Positions 1 through 10,403 of a DNA stretch of 64,000 nucleotides are shown piece after piece. Position numbers and translations under genes: made by a program. Each line of letters starts with the position of its first letter. The stretch's first letter is position 1. The notes under the pieces were generated by a model. That model was not told the origin of the DNA, ran no database searches, and worked only from the letters and a program-made list of their open reading frames with translations. This stretch comes from a virus. The DNA is taken from positions 55,467 through 119,466 of the IMG/VR virus record IMGVR_UViG_3300032073_000003; one strand, written 5' to 3'.

Positions 1-1659
1 ACTATTTTGATCAAGCATAATTACTGTACCTAATTCATCTACTAATATATCTGCAATTTGATTATTTACAATATTGTATCCAATTTGATATGGTTTCATT
101 AAATCAATTAAAGCTGTAGACTTTGTATTTCTATCTGAAAATACTGAACCTTCTATAGGTATTTTACATCCATATAAACTACTTTCACCTTTAAATTGAA
201 ATTTTAAAGGTCCCATATTATTTTTATTTATACCAATATAAATTGGAGCAAATCCTCCTGGATTATTCATACCCCAAAAAGATGGAATATTTGGTCCAAT
301 TTTTACACCACCCCAAGTTTCATTAATCCAAATCCAATCTATATGTTCACCAAATAATAAATTATTTTTATCTTTGTTTTTAAATAATCTATTATCATAT
401 ATTGGTTTATCTGTTATTTTATAATCTTCAGATATAATTTCATTTGTTACTTCTCCTTCTTCAGTAATTTTAGTTAAATGTCCTACTTTTCTTTGAGATT
501 TCCAATATGTAGTTGTAACTCTTAATAAATATGCAGTACCTTCATCTTGATAATCTTCACTTTCACCTAAGATTTGAGTTACTATATCAGAACCATCTAA
601 TATATTACCACTCATAAAAGATGTATATTGTCTATATGCAAGTGATGGCATATTAGTATTCCATTCATGAGATTTTGTAGCATCATAAAAAGAACCATCA
701 TTTTGCTGACCTCCAATGTTATATCCAGCAGATCTTATTGGATATACTGCCTCTAATGCTTCATGTTGTTCTTCTGTAAGTATATGACCATATTTATCTA
801 TTACATCTGATACTGTAAGCATATCAGTTTTACCAGCCCAATTAGAATCAGATATATATCTAATATCCGGAGACTTATGGTAAAATGTAAGTACTGGGTT
901 CCATAATTCAACATCATAATCATCTTCCATCATGTGAAAGTGCCAAAATTCTCTATCTGTAATAAGCATGTCACGGAAAGCTCTTTCTTCCAATTCATCC
1001 ATACGGAATCTTTCTACATCTACTTTATGTTGATGATCGGCCCATTGTTCTATCATTGACCTATAATCTTTTTTAAAGAATTGTTCAATTTCAGGTAATG
1101 ATTTTAAACTTTCAGGTTGTAATTGTTGTTGAGCTTCTTCTGAATTAGGGTCTAATCCTTGTTCAAGCATTGCCGCTAACATTTTAGTTGCAGCATCTGC
1201 CATTAAAGTTTGTTCTACTTGACCTTTTTTTTGCTCAAGCATTTCATTATAAGAATAATCATCAACAGCTCTGTAACTTAATCTAGAAGATCTTTTAGCA
1301 AATTCAGCAGTAAGTACATTAACAACATTAGGAATAATTGGATAAAATTTTAGCTCTAATGCAGATTCATCTTCTTTAGTTAAAAGTTCTACTACATCTC
1401 TATATTCATTATCTTCTTCAATTATATAATCAGATCTATCTATAATACCTTTTGCAAGTTTGTAGTTTTTCATTAACCTTCTTGCATTTCTTCTGATTTG
1501 TTTTAATCCTTGCCATTCTAACCAATCCATGTTCCATGCCGCCCATTCTTCATCTTTACTTTTTTTTGGTAAAAACTGTAAAGGTTGAGTAATACTACCC
1601 ATTCTATTTTGCTTTACTTTAGCACCTTTTTTAAGTTGCATTGCATTAAGTACTTGCAT
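1..1659 (-). CDS. Portal protein, crAss-like (3' part runs off the window start; not in the ORF track)
   Basis: Manual translation from ATG at 1659: MQVLNAMQLKKGAK...WNMDWLEWQGLKQIRRNARRLMKNYKLAKGIID...LKFYPIIPNVVNVLTAEFAKR; last codons at the window edge read DELGTVIMLDQNS. These are crAss-like portal motifs, directly downstream of TerL. Confidence 0.9.
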   Translation of the reverse strand, partial: MQVLNAMQLKKGAKVKQNRMGSITQPLQFLPKKSKDEEWAAWNMDWLEWQGLKQIRRNARRLMKNYKLAKGIIDRSDYIIEEDNEYRDVVELLTKEDESALELKFYPIIPNVVNVLTAEFAKRSSRLSYRAVDDYSYNEMLEQKKGQVEQTLMADAATKMLAAMLEQGLDPNSEEAQQQLQPESLKSLPEIEQFFKKDYRSMIEQWADHQHKVDVERFRMDELEERAFRDMLITDREFWHFHMMEDDYDVELWNPVLTFYHKSPDIRYISDSNWAGKTDMLTVSDVIDKYGHILTEEQHEALEAVYPIRSAGYNIGGQQNDGSFYDATKSHEWNTNMPSLAYRQYTSFMSGNILDGSDIVTQILGESEDYQDEGTAYLLRVTTTYWKSQRKVGHLTKITEEGEVTNEIISEDYKITDKPIYDNRLFKNKDKNNLLFGEHIDWIWINETWGGVKIGPNIPSFWGMNNPGGFAPIYIGINKNNMGPLKFQFKGESSLYGCKIPIEGSVFSDRNTKSTALIDLMKPYQIGYNIVNNQIADILVDELGTVIMLDQNS

Positions 1660-1664
1660 AATTT

Positions 1665-3872
1665 TTATTTAATATTTTTAAATGCAGATCTTTTAGAAGA
1701 CCTTCTTTTTATACTTCCTTTACCACCCATATGTCTAAAAGGACTCTTAGTTAATTTAAACAAATTTTCTGACTTTTGCAAGTTTTTAGCAGCCTCGTCT
1801 CTAACTGTTCTTTTGTTATACCCTCTATTAGAGTGTTGAATTTTCATAAAACCTACTAAAGCTGCAAATGATACTAATCTATCAGTGTTAACTCCTTCTG
1901 CATACTCTCTCATTTCTTTGATTAACATTGGATCAGGTATTCTTTCAATTCCATAAGTAGTTTTTACTACAGTACCATCAGGTTTAGTTTCTTGATCTAA
2001 TTCTTCTTTAGTATATTCTATAGCATAACTAAGAAGGTGTCCTTTAAATAGTATTCCTGTATTTTTCCATCCATACTCCTGGAAAACGTTAGCATTAGAA
2101 CCAAGATCTTTTAAAAACATAATCTGACCTTTTGGAACAAGATATCTTTGTTTTTTTCTATGTATCATGTATTGTATAAATAATGATATATTATTTTCAA
2201 CTAATGCCCATGCATTATACCATTCTATAATTAATTCTAATCGTTTATGTGTTTGATTTATATCATCATACCTACCACACCAAGCTGCAACAATCTTATC
2301 TTGTTCTATATATGTTTCAGTTTCTGTACCATTTACATTAGTTACTTCAACAGGTGCTTTCATTATGTAAATAGAACATAAAGATTCTGAAGTAGTTGTT
2401 TTTCCTTCTGATACAGGGTCAATAGAAGCATAATAAGTTTTAGCAAATACTGGATTTTTTATAGGTCTTTCCCATACTACAAGACACCCTGTTTTATCTT
2501 CTGTTTTTTTCTTAATTGGAAATTCTGTTATAGGACGTTTATTACTTTTTTTTACGGCAGGTTTTCCATCAGCATCAGCAAAAATATCTAAAAACTCATA
2601 ACCATATTCTTTTTCTTCTATTCTTCTTTCTTGTGCAGTAAGTAAATGAGGAGGGAATACAGATACAGTTCTATGTGCAAATGCTTCTTTAATATTTCTT
2701 GGATGTTGAGATATTCTTAATTGATAATCTTCTGGTGCTAATTCTTTTTTCCAATCTTCAAATTGTTTGTTTAATGCTTCAAATGCATCTTTAACTTTAG
2801 AATTACCATGATCATCAATATGAGGAGGCATTGACCATTGTTCTGGAATAAAAAGTCCTGACAAACCTTCAGTACCTTTATCATCTATTAAATCTGTTTC
2901 TATTGCATATATGTCAGATGCTATAGGATTTTGAATCATTTCTTTTAACGGATTACATTGAGACAAATCACCTACTGATCCAGCAGCTATAAACATACCA
3001 GTTGTAGTAAGACCCGATCTCATTGCAGGTCTCATATACTCATATGTTTTATTCATTTTAGGTGCAATACCTGCTTCTTCATGAAAGAAGTATTTTACTG
3101 GACCACCTACACCATTTGTTGGATCTTTCTCAAATGACATACCTTGTATAGTTCCTTTAAGACCAACTTCAGTTTTACGATCACCCTTTCTAACTTCAAT
3201 TTTTTGTTGCCACATCATAACTTTATCTGGTGACATTGGTCTATACCAAGCAGTATGTTCATTTAAAAATGCAGAATATTCTTGTAAAAATTTCCAAGAT
3301 CCTTTTTCATTTATATAATCTTTTAAACTAGCTCCTATTTTTAATGTAACACCTGGTTCAAACCATTGCTGATTTATTAATTTAGCCATATGATAATAGG
3401 ATGATGCTATCTGACGTTTCTTTAATATAGCAACATGTTTATAATTTAATTCTGCTAATAATTCATATAATGCCATATGATATTGGGCATCTCTAATATC
3501 AGCAAAACCAAATTTTTGTATTTCTTTATTAAAAATTGGTAAAAAATTTAACCACATGTAATATTCTCTTGCAAGAAACCAAATGTTATCTTTATCTTTT
3601 ATAATAACACCTTTTCTACATTTAGCTTTTTCATTGTCCCAATATTTTATAAAGTCACTGGATTTAAAGGGAGCTGTACAATATACTCCATCAGTTTCAA
3701 ATTTTTTAGATTGTTCAATAAATATGTTACTTGTAAGTTCGTTGAATAAATATTCTCCAGGTTGTTTAAATATATTTTTGATAAACTCAGCGAAGTCTTC
3801 TCTGGATTCAAAACTGGTAACTGTCCATTTTTCGTTTTCATAAGTTGGTATGTTTTGATAAATTTCACTCAT
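1665..3872 (-). CDS. terL: Terminase large subunit
   Basis: 735 aa; Walker A-like ILKKRQIASSY, Walker B YFFHEEAG, C-terminal RNase H-like nuclease (ASIDPV...TDRLVS); adjacent to portal. Confidence 0.95.
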   Translation of the reverse strand: MSEIYQNIPTYENEKWTVTSFESREDFAEFIKNIFKQPGEYLFNELTSNIFIEQSKKFETDGVYCTAPFKSSDFIKYWDNEKAKCRKGVIIKDKDNIWFLAREYYMWLNFLPIFNKEIQKFGFADIRDAQYHMALYELLAELNYKHVAILKKRQIASSYYHMAKLINQQWFEPGVTLKIGASLKDYINEKGSWKFLQEYSAFLNEHTAWYRPMSPDKVMMWQQKIEVRKGDRKTEVGLKGTIQGMSFEKDPTNGVGGPVKYFFHEEAGIAPKMNKTYEYMRPAMRSGLTTTGMFIAAGSVGDLSQCNPLKEMIQNPIASDIYAIETDLIDDKGTEGLSGLFIPEQWSMPPHIDDHGNSKVKDAFEALNKQFEDWKKELAPEDYQLRISQHPRNIKEAFAHRTVSVFPPHLLTAQERRIEEKEYGYEFLDIFADADGKPAVKKSNKRPITEFPIKKKTEDKTGCLVVWERPIKNPVFAKTYYASIDPVSEGKTTTSESLCSIYIMKAPVEVTNVNGTETETYIEQDKIVAAWCGRYDDINQTHKRLELIIEWYNAWALVENNISLFIQYMIHRKKQRYLVPKGQIMFLKDLGSNANVFQEYGWKNTGILFKGHLLSYAIEYTKEELDQETKPDGTVVKTTYGIERIPDPMLIKEMREYAEGVNTDRLVSFAALVGFMKIQHSNRGYNKRTVRDEAAKNLQKSENLFKLTKSPFRHMGGKGSIKRRSSKRSAFKNIK

Positions 3873-4390
3873 TATGAGTCATATGCTAATCCTAAACCTC
3901 CACGTACTCTTGATGATTGCTCATCTTGAAGATCTTTATAAGCTCCTTTAAATGACGATCTAATTGCTTCAAAGTCTTTTGCAACTGCACGTATTTGAGA
4001 TATATTACCATCTCTACCATCTGTAATTTGAGTATTTTCCATATACTTTGCTAATCTATCTAGCATAGTTGATATACCTTTATATGCTCTTGATGTTGGT
4101 GTCTCATACATTCTTTGACAAAATTGTAATGCTGTAAATATATCTTCATCTTCAGTAGAGAACTCTACATTAAGTTGATCTAATATTAAACTCTCTTTAT
4201 CCATTTCTGGAGTAAAGAAAAAAGGATTAAGATCAGGATTTGGACAACACATGTAAAATAAATACTGATATATTTTTAAATATTCTTCAGGATAATTATC
4301 CATTATATCTTTTAAAGCTTTTAAAGTAAAGCAATGTTCTGTAGGTATTACAGTTCCGTTTTTCACATCAAATAGTCTAGTTAAAATCAT
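3872..4390 (-). CDS. Conserved crAss-like protein upstream of terL (possible small terminase subunit)
   Basis: 172 aa helical protein abutting the terL start; the TerS role is inferred from position only. Confidence 0.45.
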   Translation of the reverse strand: MILTRLFDVKNGTVIPTEHCFTLKALKDIMDNYPEEYLKIYQYLFYMCCPNPDLNPFFFTPEMDKESLILDQLNVEFSTEDEDIFTALQFCQRMYETPTSRAYKGISTMLDRLAKYMENTQITDGRDGNISQIRAVAKDFEAIRSSFKGAYKDLQDEQSSRVRGGLGLAYDS

Positions 4391-5217
4391 TTCTTTTTTA
4401 TTTTATTTTTATTATCATTTAAAAAATAAAAAATGGATAAAACTTCATCTATTAAATATGGGACAGGTATTATGTCTACAGCTTTAACAATAGGATCTCC
4501 ATTTTCATCTTTTTTACTTATTGGATAACCCCATTTATCTTCACCTTCAACTTCAAAGGAAATATGGTTTAAAAAAATCTTACCAGGTTTTAGTTTAGGA
4601 TTATGCTTTAATATAATATACATATAAATACTCAGTTGTAAGGCATAATGATTAAAATTACAATCATCTAAATTTGAAATTGGAGCTAACATTTTTTCAG
4701 AAACACCTTCCCAATTTACATATGATTTCATTTTAATTTGCTTATTAGTCTTATAGTCAATTATATTAACCTTACCATTAACTACTTCAACTAAATCAGA
4801 TTGACCACAAATTCCTTTTGATCTTAAATAAACCATATGTTCAGGATATACACCTGATTCTAATTTTTGTGAAGGTGCAAACTTTGTCCCTTTTTTTGTT
4901 TCTATAGGTTTAAATACTGGAACAGTTACCCCTTCTCTTTCTATTGACGCAAAAGAACATAAATCAGCTTCTCTTTGGTCATGATAAAATGACCCTAAAT
5001 CAGTAGCACGTTTTGATTCATTATTCCATATTTCTTTTATAAGCTTTGGTTCAATACCAAACCATTTTGATTTTTTATTTTTACTAACTTTTTTTGCAAC
5101 AGCATTTGCATCAAATGGGTTTTTAAAATAAGAAATTAATGTAGTTACACTTACCCAATCTATTTTATCATCATCAATACTTTTATAACTATGGTCATCT
5201 GCATTAAATACTATCAT
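4387..5217 (-). CDS. PD-(D/E)XK (Cas4/RecB-like) exonuclease
   Basis: Motifs CGQSDLV...IIDYKTN and HYALQLSIY. Confidence 0.85.
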   Translation of the reverse strand: MIVFNADDHSYKSIDDDKIDWVSVTTLISYFKNPFDANAVAKKVSKNKKSKWFGIEPKLIKEIWNNESKRATDLGSFYHDQREADLCSFASIEREGVTVPVFKPIETKKGTKFAPSQKLESGVYPEHMVYLRSKGICGQSDLVEVVNGKVNIIDYKTNKQIKMKSYVNWEGVSEKMLAPISNLDDCNFNHYALQLSIYMYIILKHNPKLKPGKIFLNHISFEVEGEDKWGYPISKKDENGDPIVKAVDIIPVPYLIDEVLSIFYFLNDNKNKIKKK

Positions 5218-5507
5218 AATTCTTCTAATTTATCTTCTTCTTCAACTGTAACAATAGCCTTCCATTTATATAAAGGACAATCTGATGCAAGTGATCTTGT
5301 TTTAAATCCTAAAGAACATCCGCATTCATTACAACATGGACCTGTACCTTTTACAGCACATTCATCACCCTTACTGGGACAATCATTACATATATTATAT
5401 CTTAGTGTAGCAATTTCTTCTATTGTTTCATCTCTTATGACTGAATTAGTCATCCCCTCTAGAATTGCTTTTCTGTTTTGCCAAATTAATTTTAGAGTAT
5501 TTTTCAT
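5214..5507 (-). CDS. Small Cys-rich metal-binding protein
   Basis: CNDC...C...CCNECGC...CPLYKW pattern. Confidence 0.6.
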   Translation of the reverse strand: MKNTLKLIWQNRKAILEGMTNSVIRDETIEEIATLRYNICNDCPSKGDECAVKGTGPCCNECGCSLGFKTRSLASDCPLYKWKAIVTVEEEDKLEEL

Positions 5508-5853
5508 TTTTAAATTCTTGTCTACTTTTTAACTCTTTTTCTATTTTTACGTTTACCTTTTTTAATCGTTTTAATTTTTCCTCAATACTCTTTTTATTAT
5601 GATAAGCACCAAATGTAGAAGTATCATGGTTATCTAAAACTTTTTCATAATGGGGAATTGCATTTTTAACTTTTTTCATTTTAAGTACAAAATGACCAAG
5701 ACCTTCAACATTTAGTCTTAAATCTTCTATACTTGACATTCTTTTTTTTAATGTCTTATAATAAAAATGCACTAAATCATCTACAAGTTTTTCTGAACAT
5801 TCAAACTCATCTGTTATTTCTCTATATAAACTACTTGCTTTTTTCGGTATCAT
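5446..5853 (-). CDS. HU/IHF-like DNA-binding protein
   Basis: N-terminal helices followed by LNVEGLGHFVLK (HU-type xxGFGxF beta-turn); ATG chosen at 5853. Confidence 0.65.
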   Translation of the reverse strand: MIPKKASSLYREITDEFECSEKLVDDLVHFYYKTLKKRMSSIEDLRLNVEGLGHFVLKMKKVKNAIPHYEKVLDNHDTSTFGAYHNKKSIEEKLKRLKKVNVKIEKELKSRQEFKNEKYSKINLAKQKSNSRGDD

Positions 5854-6211
5854 TTGAAACAAGTTTATAGTCTAATAAAATTATACCTTTAGTCTGAATT
5901 TTTAAATTTGGATTAAGTGTAATAATTTTTTTATTAGATTTATCTTTAATAACTAATTTATTTTTCTCAGCTTTGTTTATACTATTTCTTACAGTTTGAG
6001 GTGATTTGAAAATCCAATCCTCTTCTGAAGATGCGTCTAAACAAAAATTACTAAGTTCTATAGGTTCATTAAAACTTAAAAGAGTTAGGCAATTTAAATC
6101 AGATTCACTCATTGTTATACGATTTATATAACAATGAGTTAGAATCTGAAATTTTACAATTTCCCATTTAGGCAACTTTACTTTTTTTTGTACTTGATTT
6201 ACAAGTGCCAT
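5831..6211 (-). CDS. Hypothetical protein (possible winged-helix)
   Basis: 126 aa ORF; SPQTVRNSINKAEKNKLV resembles a recognition helix plus wing. Confidence 0.5.
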   Translation of the reverse strand: MALVNQVQKKVKLPKWEIVKFQILTHCYINRITMSESDLNCLTLLSFNEPIELSNFCLDASSEEDWIFKSPQTVRNSINKAEKNKLVIKDKSNKKIITLNPNLKIQTKGIILLDYKLVSNDTEKSK

Positions 6212-6522
6212 TACTCTTTTCTTAATTTTTTACTTTTACCAGTTGGTGCTTTAGTTTCTGGTTTAGTTTCGGGTTTAGGGTGTGACGGAGTTAATTGTTC
6301 ATCAGACTCTTCTGGTCCTTGTACTGCAGCCATCATATTTGCATATTGTATCTGCATATTAGCTCTTTTAAATCTTGATTCTTCTACTTCAGTGAGTAAT
6401 TTTTCATACTCAGCTTGTGACTTTAAATAAGGAAGAGATTTTTCATAAAATTCTTTCATTTCATCTCTTCTTGACTCTAACTCTTCTGGAGTTAATTGAT
6501 CTTCTAGTTGTTGGTTATCCAT
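6211..6522 (-). CDS. Hypothetical coiled-coil protein
   Basis: 103 aa ORF with a heptad-like charged helix. Confidence 0.6.
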   Translation of the reverse strand: MDNQQLEDQLTPEELESRRDEMKEFYEKSLPYLKSQAEYEKLLTEVEESRFKRANMQIQYANMMAAVQGPEESDEQLTPSHPKPETKPETKAPTGKSKKLRKE

Positions 6523-6545
6523 AATATGTTATTTTATATTTAACA

Positions 6546-6553
6546 CAAATATA
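6546..6553 (-). promoter_or_regulatory. Bacteroidota sigma70-type -7 box (TATATTTG)
   Basis: Matches the TAnnTTTG consensus, 24 nt upstream of the ATG at 6522 and just past a terminator; the same 8-mer recurs at 14876 and 15485 with similar spacing. Confidence 0.6.
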
Positions 6554-6584
6554 CTAAAATAGTTTAAATATCTAATGTTTAAAC

Positions 6585-6618
6585 AAAAAAAATCTAGATA
6601 TACAATATACCTAGACTT
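6585..6618 (-). terminator. Intrinsic terminator after the lysis cassette
   Basis: Minus strand TCTAGGTATA-TTG-TATATCTAGA followed by a T run. Confidence 0.65.
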
Positions 6619-6638
6619 TATTATGAGTTAATATTTAA

Positions 6639-6797
6639 TTATCTATTTTTTACAGTAAAATTTAAAATAGTTAATGCATAAAAATCTCTTTGATGGTCAA
6701 TTTCAATTGATAAAATATCTAATAAAGATATTTTAATTCTTAAAATAAATGTTTTATAATTTGGTTTATATTTCTTCCAACCATTTCTAAATTTCAT
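6639..6797 (-). CDS. Small hypothetical protein (52 aa, below the ORF-track cutoff)
   Basis: MKFRNGWKKYKPNYKTFILRIKISLLDILSIEIDHQRDFYALTILNFTVKNR; ATG 2 nt after the amidase stop. Confidence 0.6.
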   Translation of the reverse strand: MKFRNGWKKYKPNYKTFILRIKISLLDILSIEIDHQRDFYALTILNFTVKNR

Positions 6798-6799
6798 AA

Positions 6800-7513
6800 T
6801 TAAACACTTTTAGTTTTTTCTATTTCTAGTATCATCTCAAAATGAATTTTTGCTATTCTATCTCTACCATCTTCTGAAAGTAAATATTTATGACAGTTAT
6901 CAGAGTTAGTCATAAAGAAGTTTTCAGATAGTATTGCAGGCATTACTGTTTTTCTTAATACCCAAAAATTAGATTCCTTATCTGCATCACCATCACGAGT
7001 ATCTTTTCTCATTTTTTCATCTGGAAATTCAGCTGCTGCATTCTTTGCTAAAACAGATGCTATTAGGTCTGATTTTGTTTCACCTTCTGATGTATAAACA
7101 GACCAACCATTTGCTGATTCGTCACTAAATCCATTAGCATGAACAGAAACATAAATACAAGGTTTACCACCCTTATCATATTCTTTTCTCCAAATATCAT
7201 TAGCTTTATCAGTACGTTCAGATAAAGGTACGTCTTCTTGTGTATCAACTAAATTAACACACTCAATTCCTGCATCAGTACATAATTTCATTAATCTATC
7301 CACAATACCTCTATTAAATTCACCTTCATATAGGATTTCTCCATCAGGCCATAAAGGTGATCTTTTACCTGCTGTTTGATATACACCATCTATAATACCA
7401 CCATGACCATTATCAAATAACCAAATATAGTTTGATTCAGATGTAGAAGGTTTAGGGGTTACATTAACCTCATACTTAGCTCCACAATTAGGACATTTTA
7501 TATCTTTACTCAT
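6800..7513 (-). CDS. Endolysin, N-acetylmuramoyl-L-alanine amidase (Amidase_3) with N-terminal CxxC
   Basis: Zn/catalytic motifs DNGHGG, YEGEFNR, SVHANG, ILSENFFM. Confidence 0.92.
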   Translation of the reverse strand: MSKDIKCPNCGAKYEVNVTPKPSTSESNYIWLFDNGHGGIIDGVYQTAGKRSPLWPDGEILYEGEFNRGIVDRLMKLCTDAGIECVNLVDTQEDVPLSERTDKANDIWRKEYDKGGKPCIYVSVHANGFSDESANGWSVYTSEGETKSDLIASVLAKNAAAEFPDEKMRKDTRDGDADKESNFWVLRKTVMPAILSENFFMTNSDNCHKYLLSEDGRDRIAKIHFEMILEIEKTKSV

Positions 7514-7522
7514 TATTTTTTT

Positions 7523-7969
7523 TTAAAACGGTAAGATTTTTTTTATATAAAATCCTACACCTATACCACACATTAATACTAACCACCACATTCTACCAAC
7601 AAATCTTAAAAAAGGACTAGATTTATTTTCAGCTTTTGTTTGTTTAGTTTCTTCTTTTTCTATTCTAACCTTAGCTTTTTCTTTTATTCTTATAGTATCT
7701 CTAATAAACTTATTTTCTATTCTAATTTCTCTAATAGTTTTTGGAATATACACATCCTTATAAAAAACTATAGTATCTTTAGATGTAAAGAATTTTTCAT
7801 AAACTATAGTATCATGTCTTATTACTGGAATAGAGTCAATTGTAGTTACTTGAATTGTATCTGATTTAACTGTTTCTTTAAGACCTTTTTTTAATGCTTT
7901 AGTGTAATGCCATTTAGCAGAGCAATTAGATAGTAATATTGATATAATTATTAAATATACTAATTTCAT
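7523..7969 (-). CDS. Lipoprotein with C-terminal TM helix; unimolecular-spanin candidate
   Basis: Lipobox LLSN-C at residue 16; C-terminal MWWLVLMCGIGVGFYI; next to the endolysin. Confidence 0.6.
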   Translation of the reverse strand: MKLVYLIIISILLSNCSAKWHYTKALKKGLKETVKSDTIQVTTIDSIPVIRHDTIVYEKFFTSKDTIVFYKDVYIPKTIREIRIENKFIRDTIRIKEKAKVRIEKEETKQTKAENKSSPFLRFVGRMWWLVLMCGIGVGFYIKKILPF

Positions 7970-8145
7970 TTTTTTGGATTAATACCAATCAATGAATCTT
8001 TTGAACGTAAAAAAGTTAACCCCCATCCAAACATAATAACAACTTCTTCCATTGGTTTTTCCATGAAATAAAGTACACAAGCACCAATACATATTAATGC
8101 GCCTAATATAGTAGTTACGAGACCACTTTTAAATAATCTTTCCAT
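7966..8145 (-). CDS. Holin candidate (59 aa, two hydrophobic segments; not in the ORF track)
   Basis: MERLFKSGLVTTILGALICIGACVLYFMEKPMEEVVIMFGWGLTFLRSKDSLIGINPKK; ATGA overlap with the downstream lipoprotein gene. Confidence 0.6.
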   Translation of the reverse strand: MERLFKSGLVTTILGALICIGACVLYFMEKPMEEVVIMFGWGLTFLRSKDSLIGINPKK

Positions 8146-8146
8146 T

Positions 8147-8476
8147 TTATTTATTTATTAATATATCTAATTTACCGTTTATTGTACTAATGCCAAGTTT
8201 TACTTCTGTTATTTCTGCATTAATAGCATCAAGTTCTGTTTTATTTTTTTCTTCAGTTTTTTCTGTTCGAGTATGAATTGCTGTAAATTTTTTAAACATA
8301 ATACTTTCATTTTTTTCTAGATCTTTTTTCATCTGTCTAATCTTTGCATCCATTTCTTTATCATGTACTATCATCTTCCAATAAAAACCAACAGCAGCTC
8401 CAACTCCGGTAACAATATATATAACATCTTTTAATGCAAATGTTGCATCCATTGCTGTAATCTGTAGTAAATCCAT
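8147..8476 (-). CDS. Single-TM coiled-coil membrane protein (holin/antiholin/i-spanin-like)
   Basis: TM segment VIYIVTGVGAAVGFYW followed by a long coiled coil; first gene of the lysis cassette. Confidence 0.5.
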   Translation of the reverse strand: MDLLQITAMDATFALKDVIYIVTGVGAAVGFYWKMIVHDKEMDAKIRQMKKDLEKNESIMFKKFTAIHTRTEKTEEKNKTELDAINAEITEVKLGISTINGKLDILINK

Positions 8477-8496
8477 CCCTTCTGTTTTTTATATTT

Positions 8497-10347
8497 TTAA
8501 AATTGATAACCGTTTAATACAAATTCTCTTACTAAAATATCATTAGGGTTAGAAGTTCCTCCCGTATTAAAGGATTCAAATTCTACATCAAATACATCTC
8601 CAAATGTAGCTTGACCTATAACACTGAATGTAAAACTTTGTGCTCTACCTTGTCTTATTTCAGGGTATCCTATTGCATCCGTAATAGCTGTTCCATTAGA
8701 ACGCAACCTACAAGCTATGAATCCATCACCTGACATTTCAACTGTTCCTGAGACAATTACCATGAAATTTGCATCCACCTTTGAGTTGTATTCAAGAGAG
8801 CAATTTGCTACATTCGTTATTACCCTTGTAACCAAAGGAAATGTTGGAGCATTTGTGAAAGCACCTGTATCTATGTTTGCTGCTGCTAATACTTGTGGGT
8901 TTGTAGTTCCCGTATTTAAATCATTTAAGTTTCCTACAATAGACATGGTTGCCTTAGCATTACCATTTTGAATACCTTGATTAGCTTGTATTATTGTGCT
9001 ATTCTGAATATCATAATCAAAGTTTGCTACAACACCTGTAGTTAAACCAATGTCTATTCCAGTATTTGAAGCAATAGTTCCAAATCCAATAGTAGCTGAG
9101 TTACTTATATCAATGCCGTTCTGAGTTTGTTGAGGATGAATAACACAACCGGAAATATTAACAGCACCAAATCCATTTCCCCCTCCATTATCAAGTAATT
9201 CTATCATAGATACAGTAGCGTAACCACTTGGTGTAGGTAAACTTGTTTCATCAAACCACCTTACATACTCGCAAGAACTAATTTGTAATTTAGATACGTT
9301 TTTAAATTGACAACCTATTGTAGTTGCCTCAACATACCATACTAATGTATTTTGGATATCTATTAAATCAAATCCTTCTATATACCAAACATCAAAACAG
9401 TTTCTAAACTGACAGTTAATAATAGTTAATACTTTATCTCTTCCTGCATTATAGTCAGGCTGATTGTAATTAACTGCTCTTAGCACAACATCACCTCCTG
9501 TACTATTTGTAGATGAAAGTTTTAAATTTGCTAATTGAAAATTTACATCAGTAACAGTTATAAAATCTCCTGCACCTGCAGCTCCTGTATAAGTTAACTC
9601 ATCAAGATCTCTATCCCAACCTACAATAGCAATATTAGGATTAGTAATATCTAATCTATTTGTGCAATTAACATTACCTCTTACAAAGTATGCTGTATTA
9701 GCTGCTAAAGTTATAACACCTCCTACGGCAGTACCAAAGTCAGATTCTTGTGATACCTCAACCATATTAGTTGAGTTAATAGTCGGTGTGAATACACTAG
9801 ATAAAGGTGTTTGATAACTAGGTATAACTCCCGGACCATTAGATGTTAATACATCACCTATTGTACCTGGAGTTAAATTATCATAATTATTTGCACTAGT
9901 AGCATGTATAATATCTCCAGTTGCTGCAGTATTTGGGAATGATGCTGTACTCCAATCTGCCGTTGTTGCATCACTTCTTAAAAATGTACCAGCACTTCCT
10001 ATAGGTATTCTTGTAGCTGTATCATTTCCTGTTGCTACTACTAAATCCCCTTCTACATCCCATATTGGATCAGTAGCTACATCACCTCCTCCACCAGCAC
10101 CAGCAGTTGTTTCTTTCCAAACAGCAGCTCCTACTGTAGCATCTACTAATTTATATGACTTATCTGCTGTAACATCAGTCCATTCAGAACCTACAGCATA
10201 ACCAGATGCAGAATCATCAGTTACTGCTGGAGCAACAGTTGCTGTCCAATTATTTTGTAATACAGCTGAAGTAGTAGCATCTACATCTGAATGCACAGTT
10301 ACTGTACCTTCTATGCCTGATATTATTGGTTGATTTCTTTCACTCAT
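8497..10347 (-). CDS. Tail fibre/spike with probable parallel beta-helix
   Basis: 616 aa; N-terminal fibre modules (APAVTDDSASGYAVGSEW; GDLVVATGNDTATRIPIG); repetitive I/V/N-rich beta-helix-like core. Confidence 0.75.
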   Translation of the reverse strand: MSERNQPIISGIEGTVTVHSDVDATTSAVLQNNWTATVAPAVTDDSASGYAVGSEWTDVTADKSYKLVDATVGAAVWKETTAGAGGGGDVATDPIWDVEGDLVVATGNDTATRIPIGSAGTFLRSDATTADWSTASFPNTAATGDIIHATSANNYDNLTPGTIGDVLTSNGPGVIPSYQTPLSSVFTPTINSTNMVEVSQESDFGTAVGGVITLAANTAYFVRGNVNCTNRLDITNPNIAIVGWDRDLDELTYTGAAGAGDFITVTDVNFQLANLKLSSTNSTGGDVVLRAVNYNQPDYNAGRDKVLTIINCQFRNCFDVWYIEGFDLIDIQNTLVWYVEATTIGCQFKNVSKLQISSCEYVRWFDETSLPTPSGYATVSMIELLDNGGGNGFGAVNISGCVIHPQQTQNGIDISNSATIGFGTIASNTGIDIGLTTGVVANFDYDIQNSTIIQANQGIQNGNAKATMSIVGNLNDLNTGTTNPQVLAAANIDTGAFTNAPTFPLVTRVITNVANCSLEYNSKVDANFMVIVSGTVEMSGDGFIACRLRSNGTAITDAIGYPEIRQGRAQSFTFSVIGQATFGDVFDVEFESFNTGGTSNPNDILVREFVLNGYQF

Positions 10348-10403
10348 AATTTTATTTTTAATCTATTTCTGCGTATGTCTTATTATTGTGCATTTTTATT
10401 ATT

